Source: Catajapyx aquilonaris (lineage: Eukaryota). From it: 62,308 bases of DNA. The translations under genes and the position numbers were made by a program. The notes under the pieces were generated by a model that worked only from the letters and a program-made list of their open reading frames with translations, was not told where the DNA came from and ran no database searches. Below are positions 38,816 through 50,858 of the stretch, piece after piece. Numbering within the stretch: the first letter of the stretch is position 1; every line of letters begins with the position of its first letter. The DNA is taken from assembly GCA_000934665.2 (NCBI GenBank), contig KZ538894.1:1-62308 (forward strand), read 5' to 3'.

Positions 38816-40980
38816 GAGCACAAGTTCAGCAGAGTTTTTGTGCAGTGTCAGGTGTTACGGGCCTAATCACCCGGGTCTTGTCTGGCCAATCAGGAAGCTC
38901 ATTGGCGGTCACTTGTGTCGGTCAGTAAAAAAAAAAGAATCCGGTTGAAAAAAAGCGTCTGGCCTACATTCACTCGAATTAACCGACGGTTAATAATTTC
39001 AGTTCAATATTCTGCTAATTCAGCCATATCGAGTAGTTTATGCCATGTCAATAACAGCAGTTTGCATCAGTACAAATAAAATCTCCGATTATGTGTGCAC
39101 AATAACGTAATCAGGAATTTTTCTCATTAACTTTTGTTGATGCAACGGGTCCAGTAACACTTCATAATACGGTACTACAAATAGGCTACGTACTATGAGG
39201 ATCTGCTCTACTTGAATATTATAGAAATGACACTAATAATTTTTTTTAAAAATGAAAGCAGTGGTAAAATCTATTAAAATAATAATTATAACCATCAAAA
39301 ATTAAATAATTATATACCGTACGCAACTAATGAAAATAAACAATTATATACGTAACTAATGAAAATAAATAATGAAAAATTATAATGCAGTATAATAAAA
39401 TAGTGAAAAATTATAATGAATTAATCAAATAATGAATAGATATACGATATATAATATTGATATAACTTAATAAGGCTCAATATAATGACATTAAATAATA
39501 TCATAAAATCAATAACTAAATATAATCTTACAGTCTAATAAAATAAATTGCTATATTATTTAAAATAAATGGCTATATTTTTTCAAAATAAATTGATAAT
39601 TATTTTTGAAATATAAATTCAATAATTATTTATAAAAATTGAAAATTTGAGAAATAAAATGAAAATTGTAGAGCACAGAAAATGTTGAACTAAAACGAAC
39701 TTAAGTATTTTTGACATAATAATGATTAATTATCATCCTTTCGCTCTCCTCTCATTTAACGGGCCGTTAAATGGCCAACTCCAGTTTTCTGCGGCCGATA
39801 AACTTCCGTTAGCTTCAAACTGTCTGATATGCACTCAATCGAAACCACCTTCATTAGCGACCTGATTGGTCATTGGCTGGACAGTCATGAGAATGGACAC
39901 AACATGTCCCCCCTTTTTACTCCTCCCTAACATTTTTCCCCCCACCTCTCCCCCCGCGTCTCCCCCAAAAAAATCCGATTGCAACAAGATATTGGCCCTT
40001 CTTCCGGGCGACAGGACAATTCATCATGGCTGCGCTTCCAATATCGCAGACCTATACACACAACCAAGGGGGCTTGCCTCTAACCCATATACACTTGTCG
40101 CTAAAATTTTTTTTTGCTCAACCAACTCGTCTTTTTCTTCCTTCTTTTTTCCAGCCAATGAAACTGCACGGGGAGAGATACAGAGTTGGAAAGAAAATTA
40201 ATGGCTTCAACTGCTCCACCGCAACATCACCTGAGAGATAATAAGGAACTACGGATATCCAAGGAGTTTGCCTGTCACATTCTCACTCCACTGGAGGAAA
40301 AGAGTGTCTCGAACGTGTCTTGACAAGCAACCCAACTTGACCAGGTCTCGAACGCGTCTGAAGCGGTACAAAAGTTGCAATTGTTGAAACGCAGATGTCA
40401 AACTTGGCAACACTGCCCGGCCAGTGACAGAAGGTTGGCTATCCTACCACCAGGCAACTAATTAGTAGGCCTATTAGTTCAAAAAGTGAGGTGAATCCAG
40501 GCACAAAATGTGGCCCAATTAGGCGTGCTCGTGAATGCGCGCGAGGCACACACACACACACCAACAGCAATAATTATTATTTCCAACCGGCCAACCCTGC
40601 CGACTTTGCATTATTTTGTAATCCTTTTTGTATACACGGTAATAGTCATGTATAGTTTCATCCCCCCCAGAAATTAATTTTCGAATCTCGCTAATAAATA
40701 TTTCAGTGATTGGACAACATGGTGACATACAAAGTCTTTTGTCGCTTCATTAAAGCATCAATAGTTAACATAGTCATACCAAGAGCTAATATGTAGTTAT
40801 TAACTCTTGGTCATACTAACTACGTACTAAACAATAAGAGTCGCTTAAAATACATTAATTGATTAATTACTTTATTAAATATTAATCTGTAATGTAATGC
40901 GAAAACAAAATTATCGACAGTAAAATAATACAAAGCTAAATAACCGCTAATATAAAAGCAATATAATATTGAAATATTAC

Positions 40981-41278
40981 GGGGAGGTGAAGTGGCCCAC
41001 GGATATTATAAGGTCCCGGGTTCGATCCCCACCCGGGGCTCCCACCTTTATCCGTGCAGAGTTGGGCCATCTCTGGCTTCATTTCGGGTGGCAATTTCCG
41101 ACAGACTAGGCCACCCGGGGGAGCTCACAAAATGACGATTAGAGATATTGCACTTGCACTTTGCACATCCCCTCCTACCTATACCATGGAGTATTTAATT
41201 AAGACCTTATACGGCTCCAATTTCCGATGGTGGTAATCCACCCCCCTAACAGATATGGTAAATCCCAATGCAAAAAAA
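40981..41278 (+). mobile_element. tRNA-derived SINE, family 1, copy 4 (A-box deletion)
   Basis: Homologous body, about 19-bp deletion after gtggc, A tail, TSD gaaatatta at 40971-40979 / 41279-41287. Confidence 0.88.
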
Positions 41279-41339
41279 GAAATATTAATCATGATATTTT
41301 AAAAATAAATGTGGAAATGGCGTAAACCGTCCAGCACTA

Positions 41340-41669
41340 CACTCTAAATTTTTAAAGTGAAAACCCCTCAATTTGAGTGATTTTCACTCTACTTCTATCT
41401 CCATTGATTTCGACTCTTTTTGAGTGGAAATCACTTTTTCGCTTAGGCGAAATATTTTCACTCGAACTGAGTGATCACTGTACAACAAATATTTTACACT
41501 CAGCTAGAGCGGAAATGCACTCATATATTAAGTGAAATCAATCGCCAAATTTTCACTCTTCTTTCGAGCAATTTTCCACTCGATTAGGCGTGAAATTCAC
41601 TCAAAAACAGCATTTTGAGAAATCGCTTCTTTTTGAGTGAAAAATTTCACTCGAATTTTTTTAAGAGAA
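41340..41669. mobile_element. Non-autonomous CMC/EnSpm-like element
   Basis: CACTCTAAA... left end, ...TTTTTTAAGAG right end (decayed), many subterminal gagtgaaa/tttcactc repeats in both orientations. Confidence 0.55.
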
Positions 41670-42393
41670 CAGGTCCACGAGTTACGCAGGCGCAAACCAC
41701 CCAACGGTGGCCATCTTGTCTCGAGTTACCAGTGTTGGAATTAATTACTCGGGACGAACCCTGCATTGTTGCCAGCTCAGCCAACAATCCGAGGTCGTCC
41801 CTTTGTATACCTGTGAGGCCTGACAAAAGCCAAACTAAGTAAGGGAGGGCCAACATCAAACGGGTGAAAAATGAACCCCCGTCTCTCTCTACCTACACAG
41901 AGAGCAACCATTTTCCTTGCTTGCTTGTGACTCCCTCCCCCGGAAAATTCCGGGGCTCAGGGTATACAGGGAGTGGGGGGTTCTGCCTCCATCTTTTGTC
42001 CGCATTCCTCCCTCCTCTCCCTGTGATTGCAATTACCGCACTTTGCCTCGTCTTTGTCGTGCCCCGGTTGTGTTCTGCGGTCCCGACACTCGGAATCCAA
42101 AGATCTATCGCTTTTGCTGTTACCATCACTGCGGATTCCTCTGCATTTAATGCGCCCAAGAGATATATTGCAGCTAGAGGGCCTGATGGTGAGGAGGAAA
42201 ACTTTCCGGTAGATGGCAGGGCGGCCAGTGTTTCCATCCACCTGCCGAGTAAGGAACTAACTCAAATTCCATTAGTAGTTAGAAATTTCTGTACTAGTTG
42301 CTTCTGTTAAAGCAGTTACTTTTAAAAAATGGGACTATATTTAACTATCGAGGGAGGCCCACATGTTTTAGTCACCCATAACATTGGCTTAAT

Positions 42394-42513
42394 CTGTCCG
42401 GAGTGAGTCATCAGCTAGAGCCACGTAGTACCACTATTAATCCCACGACCCTGCGAGTGGCATTATTGTGCAGATATACCATCTCTGTGACGGATATGGT
42501 ACCCTGTGGACAG
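42394..42513 (-). mobile_element. Dispersed CTCF/AP-1-motif repeat family copy (long form)
   Basis: Reverse complement ctgtccacagggtaccatatccgtcacagagatggtatatctgcaca..gccactcgcagggtcgtg..gtggtactacgtggctctagctgatgactcactccggacag. Confidence 0.75.
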
Positions 42514-42895
42514 TCGGAGAGCTGACAGTGTTGCCAAGTTTTGGCATATTGTTCACGCTGGTCTCCATAATAATAATAGTTCGGGGAGACCCATAACTTT
42601 GGGGTTACGAGGCCCAGGCCACGCCCTGATCAGCCACCGGACAGGTAAGCCGTACGTCACAAATTCCGCAAAATTCATTATCCACCCGGAATATGGTTAG
42701 TTTGGAAGGTGGGGGGCAGGATGGGTGGGAAGTGTTTGCAGTGCATGATGGAGGGAAAAGGTAGGGTTTCCCTTGGGGGGGTTGTTCTTGGCACAGGTTT
42801 CCCCCCTACTAGTCCCAGCTAGTTTTGTTTGCGCAGCGCTAGTCTACATTTGGTATATTAAACAGGGTGGTCCGCTTCTCGTGTTTCACAGTTAG

Positions 42896-43234
42896 TCATA
42901 ATGGCTTATAGGTTTGCTTCAGCAACAAGTTGGAATCAAACATCAGAAACATTGGTCGACAGATAATATTTTCAATGTACGTTTCAGTACATCCGGTTCC
43001 ATCTCTTCGAGTGATTTGCTGGGGTGCACAATCCCTTCTCTTAGACAGTGTAACACCCTGGCAGTCTGCACACGCACACCAAGAGCAGCCTGGTTCTGAA
43101 GGTAGTCTGATCCACTCTTCTTCAGTACATTCTCCTGGTGTATGGCCCACCTTACAACAACTGAAGCAACTTGTGTTCGACTCCAGGCGAGGCTGTAAAT
43201 GTCGGCTAATGAAACTTGAGAAATTGTTCCTAAA
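42896..43234 (-). pseudogene. Cys-rich coding remnant with a CCHC zinc knuckle (gag/ORF1-like)
   Basis: Stop-to-stop open frame of 112 codons containing CFSCCKVGHTPGEC (CX2CX4HX4C) at 43168-43127; no ATG ahead of the knuckle, upstream TAG at 43237-43235. Confidence 0.45.
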
Positions 43235-44800
43235 CTATTGCGAGAATTGCTCGCGGTACGTTAGGTACGCGGATCCATCACCTGCAGCCTTCAAGTGCGT
43301 AATCAATCCAGCACCCCGGGTGTCGAGATATAAAATAATTGATTAATCAAAAATCAAATTAAACCACAAATAATCCGACTGAAAATTAAACTGATAAATA
43401 ATTAAGTTAATAAAATTATATAAAACTGATCAAATGAATAATCCAATAAAATAGCTAAGCTAAATAAGTTCCGTACTAATACAGATATACCTTATAAGTG
43501 TAGATAAATCGCTCCACCTTACTAATTAGTGCGAATTCATTAATTCGACACCATCTGTGTGATTAGTCCCCTGAAATATTGAGCTTTCCTTCCCTTGAAA
43601 AAGAAGAAAAAAATCCAACTCTGCGGTTAGCCTCCTCCCCTTTTACAATCAGAAAATATGCGTCATTTCACCATCCCCCGCCATTGCATTGGGGAGGGAT
43701 GGGGGTATAGGGAGAGGAGAGGAGGGTTATATTCCAAAACGAGAAAGTCGGAATGTTCCCGACGCTTGTTAGCTGGCCGAATGACAGCCCAAGCCTCTCT
43801 TTCCTCTCTCCTCGGCAGAGTTGAATTAATCCTGCTTGCACCACCAACCAGCACAGGATACAAAAGGCAACGCTTCCATCACACCAGTTGTGGGAATAAT
43901 ATGTGCCGGAATGGTGGAGGGATGGCGAATGAGAAAAAATAAAAAATTGAAAATAAAATCATACCTTCGACGCTACAGTTATCGCGATTTTGACTCTGAG
44001 CTCTGAAGGAATAGCAGCCTGCAACTCCAGAATGGGGTGGCCACTTTGGCGCTGGTGTAGTAGCCAAGTGTGTGGCGATCCTGGCGGCAGACCCTATTTT
44101 GAGCGTCTCGTTTGCTGCGACTGTACGTACCCTGTGCAGGAAGCGCAATTAAACTGCAATAATCCCCGGGCAGAGATGAGTGGCTCGACTGGGAATCGCT
44201 GACAATGGCCTCACACAAGCGCAAGCTTCCCCCCCCTTTCCTCTCTCTTCTCTACCCGAGACTAGCAGGCAAGAAAGGAAGATTAAGTGAGTGTGAAATG
44301 CATCTCTCCCAAATGGGATATCTCTTCGCCCTCCTTCCACCATCCCTCTCCGTAGCTTTTCTAAATTGATATTATTGGTAAAGACAGCGGAGGCAGAGGA
44401 TGTCTCCTCTGCGCCTCCAGCTATCCCTTTAGGGCCGGATCATTATCGTGATTCTTTTCAGCTGTGCAGGATATCCTATAGGAGCTGCTGGGTGAGAAAC
44501 GACCCCAGCAATAAAAAGATATATACCCACACGCATAACCATCGCTCGAATATATCCGATTCTTCTAGAGGAGGAAAGGAGGAGGTGGAAAAAATGCACT
44601 GCCCTCAGGAGGGAGGTGGAAAAGATAAAGATGCGAATAGAGGCAACTATTTTCTAGCACAGACGCGCCAAACCGTCACATAGATGGGAGGCTTCGCCAG
44701 CCGCCAGGATCGCCACACCAGCGCCGAAGCGGCAACCCCATTCCCTACGGATGACAGCTAAGAGGCACACGATAAGGATAGTGACCATACATGTACATTG

Positions 44801-44835
44801 TATGGTGGTACTACATGATGACTCACACCGGACAG
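44801..44835 (+). mobile_element. Dispersed CTCF/AP-1-motif repeat family copy (3' module)
   Basis: gtggtactacatgatgactcacaccggacag; 5' module fragment ccgtcacatagatgg at 44673-44687. Confidence 0.65.
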
Positions 44836-45392
44836 CCATGTGAAGCCAATAATTATATACAAAAAAATATTTTAAATTAAAATAGCAATCGATCACCCAC
44901 AGGTGAATGAGATAGATGGAGTGTCACAATAGCCAGACCGTGACCTCGACCTAGATCCAGCAGAATTGAAGTCCCAGCCCGGAAATAAAGCGCAGTAAAA
45001 GGGGAAGAGCGTTACCTGCTAAGGGAATATAACCAGGGGTGTTTAGTACAAGGGACAAAAGTTAGTGGGAGGAGCTTGGTTGTAATAAGCACGCGATATT
45101 TTTTTTAAACAACAACATAGAAGAGGCTAGTCGGAGATAGTGCGACTCAGGTGGGAGGGGACAGCACATTACATGCGCATCTCCACACATAAAACCAGAT
45201 GCAAAGCATCGCTTTACACGGTATTAATAAACGGGAGGGTAGAGGGTGGGGGGTTGTTATCACACGCTCCGAGGGGGGGTTTAACGACGCCACTTATACG
45301 TCGCTGGACGTTAAGCAAGAAGAATGTCCCTTGTCCAACCCTCCACTAGCCCAACATATCCCTTCTATGCTCTGAAATATTTTAAAAGGGGA

Positions 45393-45432
45393 CTGTTCAT
45401 GTAGTACCACATCCCTGACAGTGGTGGCGCTG
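45393..45432 (+). mobile_element. Dispersed CTCF/AP-1-motif repeat family copy (5' module)
   Basis: ctgttcatgtagtaccacatccctgacagtggtggcgctg. Confidence 0.6.
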
Positions 45433-45442
45433 TCCAGATATA

Positions 45443-45893
45443 TTTACGAGCGCAACCGAGTGCGCACCACAGTTCGCTCAGCATGCAGATTATCAATGAC
45501 TAGCGCACCCGTAGCCAAAATTTGGCAAGGCCTGATGATTTAGTGCCGTGATCAGAAGGTGGCAGCACTCACCAGGGGCCCTTCCATCTTTCCGCCGCGA
45601 TCAGCAGGTGGCAGCATTCACCAGGGACCGTTCTCCTTCCGGATCGTTCCAGAGACGAAAAAATAAGGCTATTATTATAGGGGGAATGTCTGGTAAGCTC
45701 TCTGTGTAGTGGATGGACTGGTAAATACGAGTTGCACGTATTTACAACGCTACATTTGCGACGCGAAGGTGGCCGACATTTGCGACGTTTCTGAGGCTAT
45801 GAGTGTGAATTATTATTTGGGCTCTAGGGAGGAACTTTGGCAACGTTGTTGTCGGAACAACGGAGCTGCGCGAAGATGGGTGCGCTAGTAAAA
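45443..45893 (+). mobile_element. Non-autonomous element with subterminal inverted repeats (possibly Crypton-like), copy 1
   Basis: Homologous to 58773-59036 (caaccgagtgcgcacc, tggtaagctctct, caacgctac, tggccgac..ttgcgacgtt, gctgcgcga); carries about 200 extra bp. Confidence 0.65.
45553..45617 (+). promoter_or_regulatory. Two tandem CTCF-consensus-like motifs
   Basis: cagaaggtggcagca (45553) and cagcaggtggcagca (45602) in a short direct duplication. Confidence 0.4.
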
Positions 45894-45906
45894 AAAAATC
45901 GTTTCA

Positions 45907-46016
45907 CAGTACCATATCCCTCACACATATGGCGATTTCCCTATCTCGGAATGCTACTGCCACTCTCACCTGTCAGAGTTGTCCGAGAACTAGTGCAGCT
46001 CACCCCGGACAAACAG
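45907..46016 (+). mobile_element. Dispersed CTCF/AP-1-motif repeat family copy
   Basis: cagtaccatatccctcacacatatggcg...gccactctca...ctcaccccggacaaacag. Confidence 0.7.
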
Positions 46017-46873
46017 AGGGACAGACTTGACCAAATTTTAACAACCGATTTTTTAAACAGTCAGACCTTTCATAAATCATCTTTCACTTAACAACCGACC
46101 GTTTGTTAACCTCTCTCTAAAAAAGCAGACATTCATGACCGGGTGTGCCATAATGAGCTGTGTCGCGTGCTCTGATGTACCCGGACGGACATGTCGCAGG
46201 AAATACGGAGTATAGCCTCAGATAAAAGTCTGCTCCGGATATAGCGTCCTTCACTTTTCCCGTGAGGTCGATATAACACATGCACATACACATAGGTTCC
46301 CTTTTCCATATACCAAAAAATCACGGCTTGTTTGCGTGCAGATTGTGATGGACACATATTTTAGGGTAGTGACAGGCCCACCCCAGGAGACGTCTCATTA
46401 TTACTAGGCTTTTATTGCATTCGAGCTCCCCCTCAAAAAAATGGCAAAATGTCGATTTCCATTCATCCAACTCGTGCTAAAACCCACCCCTTTTGTTCTG
46501 CCCTTATCTCCCTCAAATTTTGGCCCCAATATTGTGCCAAGGTTGCCAATAGAAACGGACAGTTCGCATGCGACCAAGGTTTCCGATTGTTTGAAAAAGG
46601 CGCCAAGTCGCTTTGTAATTAACCGCTGTAATGAGTTCAGCCTTGAACAACAATATATTGTGTTACTTCCACAACATTGCTGCCAGCAACAATTTCCCAA
46701 GTAAATCGCGCATAAATGTTGGGCACAAATTGACGACGTACATTCCGGTTGCGAAGAACGGGCTCCGCTGCTAGTATAGTACGGTTGACTCCGGACATAA
46801 CCGACTTCAAGTGACCGGCGAGTCTGTTAAACCTCAAGTCCATGACAGTATATCCGGAGAGTATTGCCTACAT

Positions 46874-46925
<52 letters not shown>

Positions 46926-46943
46926 CAGCAGCAGCAGCAGCAG
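46874..46943. repeat. (GTA)n(GCA)n compound microsatellite
   Basis: Direct reading; (TAG)n resumes at 47478-47507 beyond the inserted element. Confidence 0.95.
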
Positions 46944-46944
46944 T

Positions 46945-47475
46945 GGGTCTCGGACTTTTCGCCCCCGCCGTTTCGCCCCCGCCGTTTCGCCACCGGACGT
47001 TTAGCCCCCGACATATTGGCCCCCGCGACAATTTCGCCCCCGGCGTATTCGCCCCCGTGACATATTTGCCGTGCTAGGCAAAGCCACAATAACGTTAGTT
47101 GACCTGCGGCGCCACAAGACGGACAGTAAATGTTGCGGATACAGAAACCCACAATAAGCGCTCAGCTCCGCTTCCGCTCCGCAAACACTAAAATATCACG
47201 CACGGGCGACGTACCGTACCTGGCAGGGCCACAGGAATTGACAGTACTTCTGCGGTAACAAAAAGCCATACAGCATCACCAACACAAAGTGCACTTCCAT
47301 CCGTGACCCAAGCAGAAGACCGCAAAATTTCATTTTATAAATCAGGCATATTCACTTGATGGCTCGAGAAATGCCCAGCCGAAGGCTTCAAAGTGGAATA
47401 TGTCGCGGGGGCAAATACGCCGGGGGCGAAATTGTCACGGGGGCCAGTATGCCGGGGGCTAAAAGTCCAGATACC
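46945..47475. mobile_element. Foldback/MULE-like non-autonomous element with modular TIRs
   Basis: Left GGGTCTCGGACTTTTCGCCCCCG, right (reverse complement) GGTATCTGGACTTTTAGCCCCCG; TIRs built of ttcgccccc subrepeats over about 80-120 bp. Confidence 0.8.
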
Positions 47476-47477
47476 TA

Positions 47478-47508
<31 letters not shown>

Positions 47509-47579
47509 CTCTGTCCGCGGTGAGTCATCAGTAGTGTGCAGAGAGCGCCATCTATGTGATGGGTATGGTACTGCACGTT
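47509..47579 (-). mobile_element. Dispersed CTCF/AP-1-motif repeat family copy with the best CTCF-like site
   Basis: Reverse complement TGCAGTACC-atacccatcacat-AGATGGCGC-tctctgcacactac-TGATGACTCA-ccgcggacag. Confidence 0.8.
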
Positions 47580-48667
47580 CCGTTCCCCCCTATTGGCCAG
47601 ACGCCTAAATTTTCGGGTGTCCCCAATGCTAATGGAGGTGAATAATGGAGCTGGAGAGAAATGGACTTTTAGAAACCGTTGTAAATACATGTGAACACAG
47701 GTTCACATGCCCGTTTGTCAGACCTCCCTCTAAAATAAAAGCTGGCCAAAGAGACAAGAAAGCAGACTGTTTGAGAGTGGCACTCAACTTGAGGGTCCGT
47801 TTGGCGCAGGTACAGCCAATGGGACTCTGGAGAGAGCAGGATAGGGTGGGGGGTGGGGATGACCCTGTCAGGAGGCCAAGGGGAATGATTTACGGCCCCG
47901 GGGCTATGGCGGCCTCTGCCTTGTTTACTCTGACGTTATGGGTTTGGAGGCGAGAAAATATGGGCACAGGGACTCGGACCCGGTGTGTCTCTCTATGTTA
48001 CGCCATTTTGCTGGGCAGGTTGGCAGCTTGTGTGTGCCCTGATTGGCCGGACCGATTTTCAGCCATTTTATAGGTAACGCATCTGTGATTATCCACAACT
48101 GCTATACACACGTCGTATGCAAACAAGTTGCAGTTTGACGCATGGCGCTTCTTCTCCCCACCCACCCAACCCTATAGCAGCAGACCCCCCCCCCCTTTAA
48201 TTAGCAAACGGATGCGAGCCAAGGAAATGAGCCATTTCCCCCTCTTCATGTTGGCATCAGCAGCTAACACAAGTGCAAAGGACGTTAATAGACGGCTGGG
48301 GTGTGCAGTAATTGGTGTATCAATGGCGCCTACCCCACTGCCTGCTGCTACATCTGTTTACTACGTGACTCGCATTCTGCTCTAGAGCTGTGTCTAGCTT
48401 ACCCCCCTCCGGATGCTTCTTCCCTTTTCCACAGACTATCCGGAGAGAGAGAGAAGGCTGCTGGTCGGAATCAATGGGATCAACCTGATGCTGCGGAGGT
48501 TAAATGAGCCTCCGCACGTATACACAGCCTGCTCATCTATGGGCCCGAAAGGAGGGCATGCGTCGCACATCACCATCAATTGGGTCAAATCGCCTTGTTT
48601 CCAACCCCTCGGCGAAAGAATTAATCCGATTGGGCCTCTCAATCAGTTGCCATCTTGAAATCACGTA

Positions 48668-49380
48668 ACAAGTGGCGGCCATCTTGGCGGATCAGTCTCG
48701 CATGTTTTCGCAGATTTTATCTTATATTATTTTAGTAAAAATTGTATTCGATAATTTATTGTTAAAATCTTTTTTAAACATAAAAATGCAGCCATCGACA
48801 CAAGATGGCGACCTACAGATTATTGATGACATCACAAGTGGCGGCCATCTTAGATCAACCGCACACACGTTTTCGTAGATTTTACTTGCAGTAGGGCCTA
48901 CATATTTAGTATAAATTGCAAAGTGTAATAATTTATTGTTAAAATATTGAAAATTTGGATTTTATGATGGCGACCTCCAAATGATTGATGACGTCACAAG
49001 TGACGGCCATCTAGGATCAGTTGTCCACACGTTTTCGTATATTTTTACTAGCAAAATAAATCGAAAATTTAATTATTTATTGTTAAAATATCCTCGAGTA
49101 ATTTTAAACCAGTCAAATGGTTTATGAAATTATGCATGCGAAATTTTCAAGTGTTTAAAAAGTTATTATTTTACACGAAATGGAGCTGGCAACAAGATGG
49201 CGACCTCCAGATGACTGATGACGTCACGCATGATGCAATCTTGCGACGTCATTACGAAGTTTGGCCACCTTGTGACGTCACAACGAAAGTCGGTCATTTT
49301 GATTTCGTCACAACGAAAGTCTGACATCTTGTGACGTCATTATGAAGTCGGCCATCTTGTGCTGGCGGCCATTTTAGATT
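48668..49380. repeat. ~165-bp tandem repeat rich in YY1/Pho-like and CRE motifs
   Basis: acaagtg(g/a)cggccatct at 48668, 48834 and 48996; gatggcgacct and tgacgtca recur. Confidence 0.8.
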
Positions 49381-49953
49381 GCGATCTTTACAAAATGGCG
49401 CATTACGACTTTCACCTAACCAATAGCATGGGGGGACATAAACTAGTCCGTGCCCAGAAGCCCAGATCCAGCTATTTAAAAAGCAATCATAGACTATAGT
49501 GCGCAAAAGGAAGGTCGTGGAGGTATTATTACATTGGAGTCAATACAGTAAACTTTTCGATAGGCCTTATTGCTCGTGGTATGGGGTTTTACGGCTGGAG
49601 AAAAGGGAAAAAAACGGAAAGTTTCATTGCTGCTTTCCTCCTCCCTAGTCCTAAACCGGCAGCTTCTGCTACCGGTACTTAAACCCGCCAATAAATCCAA
49701 GGCGCACGTCCCACCAGTACAAATTGCAATACCTGCGCTCAGAACATGCTAATGTCCCCCCACCCTCCCCATTTTTTAAAAAATTTCCTAGTGCCCGCAC
49801 TTGCTCCATTCAACAGGGTTCGTAATGGCATGAAGCGGGTATGAAATGAGCCAACACTGCCGCCCTAAGCAAAAACAGCCTATATGTGCACATATAGAGC
49901 TTTTTCCATTTGGAAAGAACTAAGCACTGGTGTCCGAAGGAAAAACGGCCCCC

Positions 49954-50130
49954 TTGTACAATGTTGGCCATATATCGAGGCAACCGCCAGCGACATTTTT
50001 CCGAAGCGGCAGAAGAAGGAATCTTTGTTCGCCCGGCTTGTAGTATGCTTATCTTCGATTCCTTCTTCTTCCGCTTCGGAAAAATGTCGCTGGCGGTTGC
50101 CTCGATATAATTATGACCAACACTGTACAA
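49954..50130. mobile_element. Palindromic MITE-like element
   Basis: About 53-bp near-perfect arms tatatcgaggcaaccgccagcgacatttttccgaagcgg(c/a)agaagaaggaatc, plus imperfect outer arms ttgtacaatgttggccat / atgaccaacactgtacaa. Confidence 0.8.
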
Positions 50131-50858
50131 AATAGGTTTCGTAGATAGACTTCTTCATTAGGAAGGAAATAATGGCCCTCAAACGCACCAGCACTGCCGT
50201 CCCAAGGAAAATAGTCCTATTGTCAAAATTGGCTTAGTAGATAGGACCCTTTTCCTGGGAAGCAAATAATGCGAAATAATGGTATCAAACAGGTATATCT
50301 AATGCACCAGAACTGCAGTTCCAAGTATATTTTTTTAACCTATTTACAAAACAGATATTGTAGATATGTCTTTTTTTCCTCGGGATGGTTGGAAATACAC
50401 ACAGCTCTCCCAAAATCGGAAGAGAGAGAGAGAGAGAGAGAGAAATAGTGGCGGTTCCCATTAGGCTTGGGCAGGTTTGAAATTCCCAAGGGTATGTCTC
50501 TCTCTGGGATGAAATGAAGCATAAACAAGCCCAGGAAAGAGAGGAGCCTTTTCTATATTTCATGGCTCCCCTTCTCCTTCAGGGGGGAGGTAAATACGAG
50601 GAGCTTCTCTATTCCCATTTTGGATCAGCCCCTCTAGGCCATCTCTTTTTTCTCCCCCAAGACACATGCACTATTGGGGAGCTTACATACGCAACTATAT
50701 ACATAATATTCAGCGTTGCCAGCTGAAATTGCGGGGGCCGGATAAAAATATAGAGCGCTTCCAAATGGGCAGGGTTGGAGATATGTTACTGGTCTCTTGC
50801 GATGCAGACGTTGCCAGAAGCAGTATTTGCATGATTGTGACGCACTGCGGGGGGAGAC

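Noticed and set aside
42863..42875. Isolated CAGGGTGGTCC mariner-like end (also CAGGGTGTC at about 3275)
   Set aside because: No partner TIR found nearby
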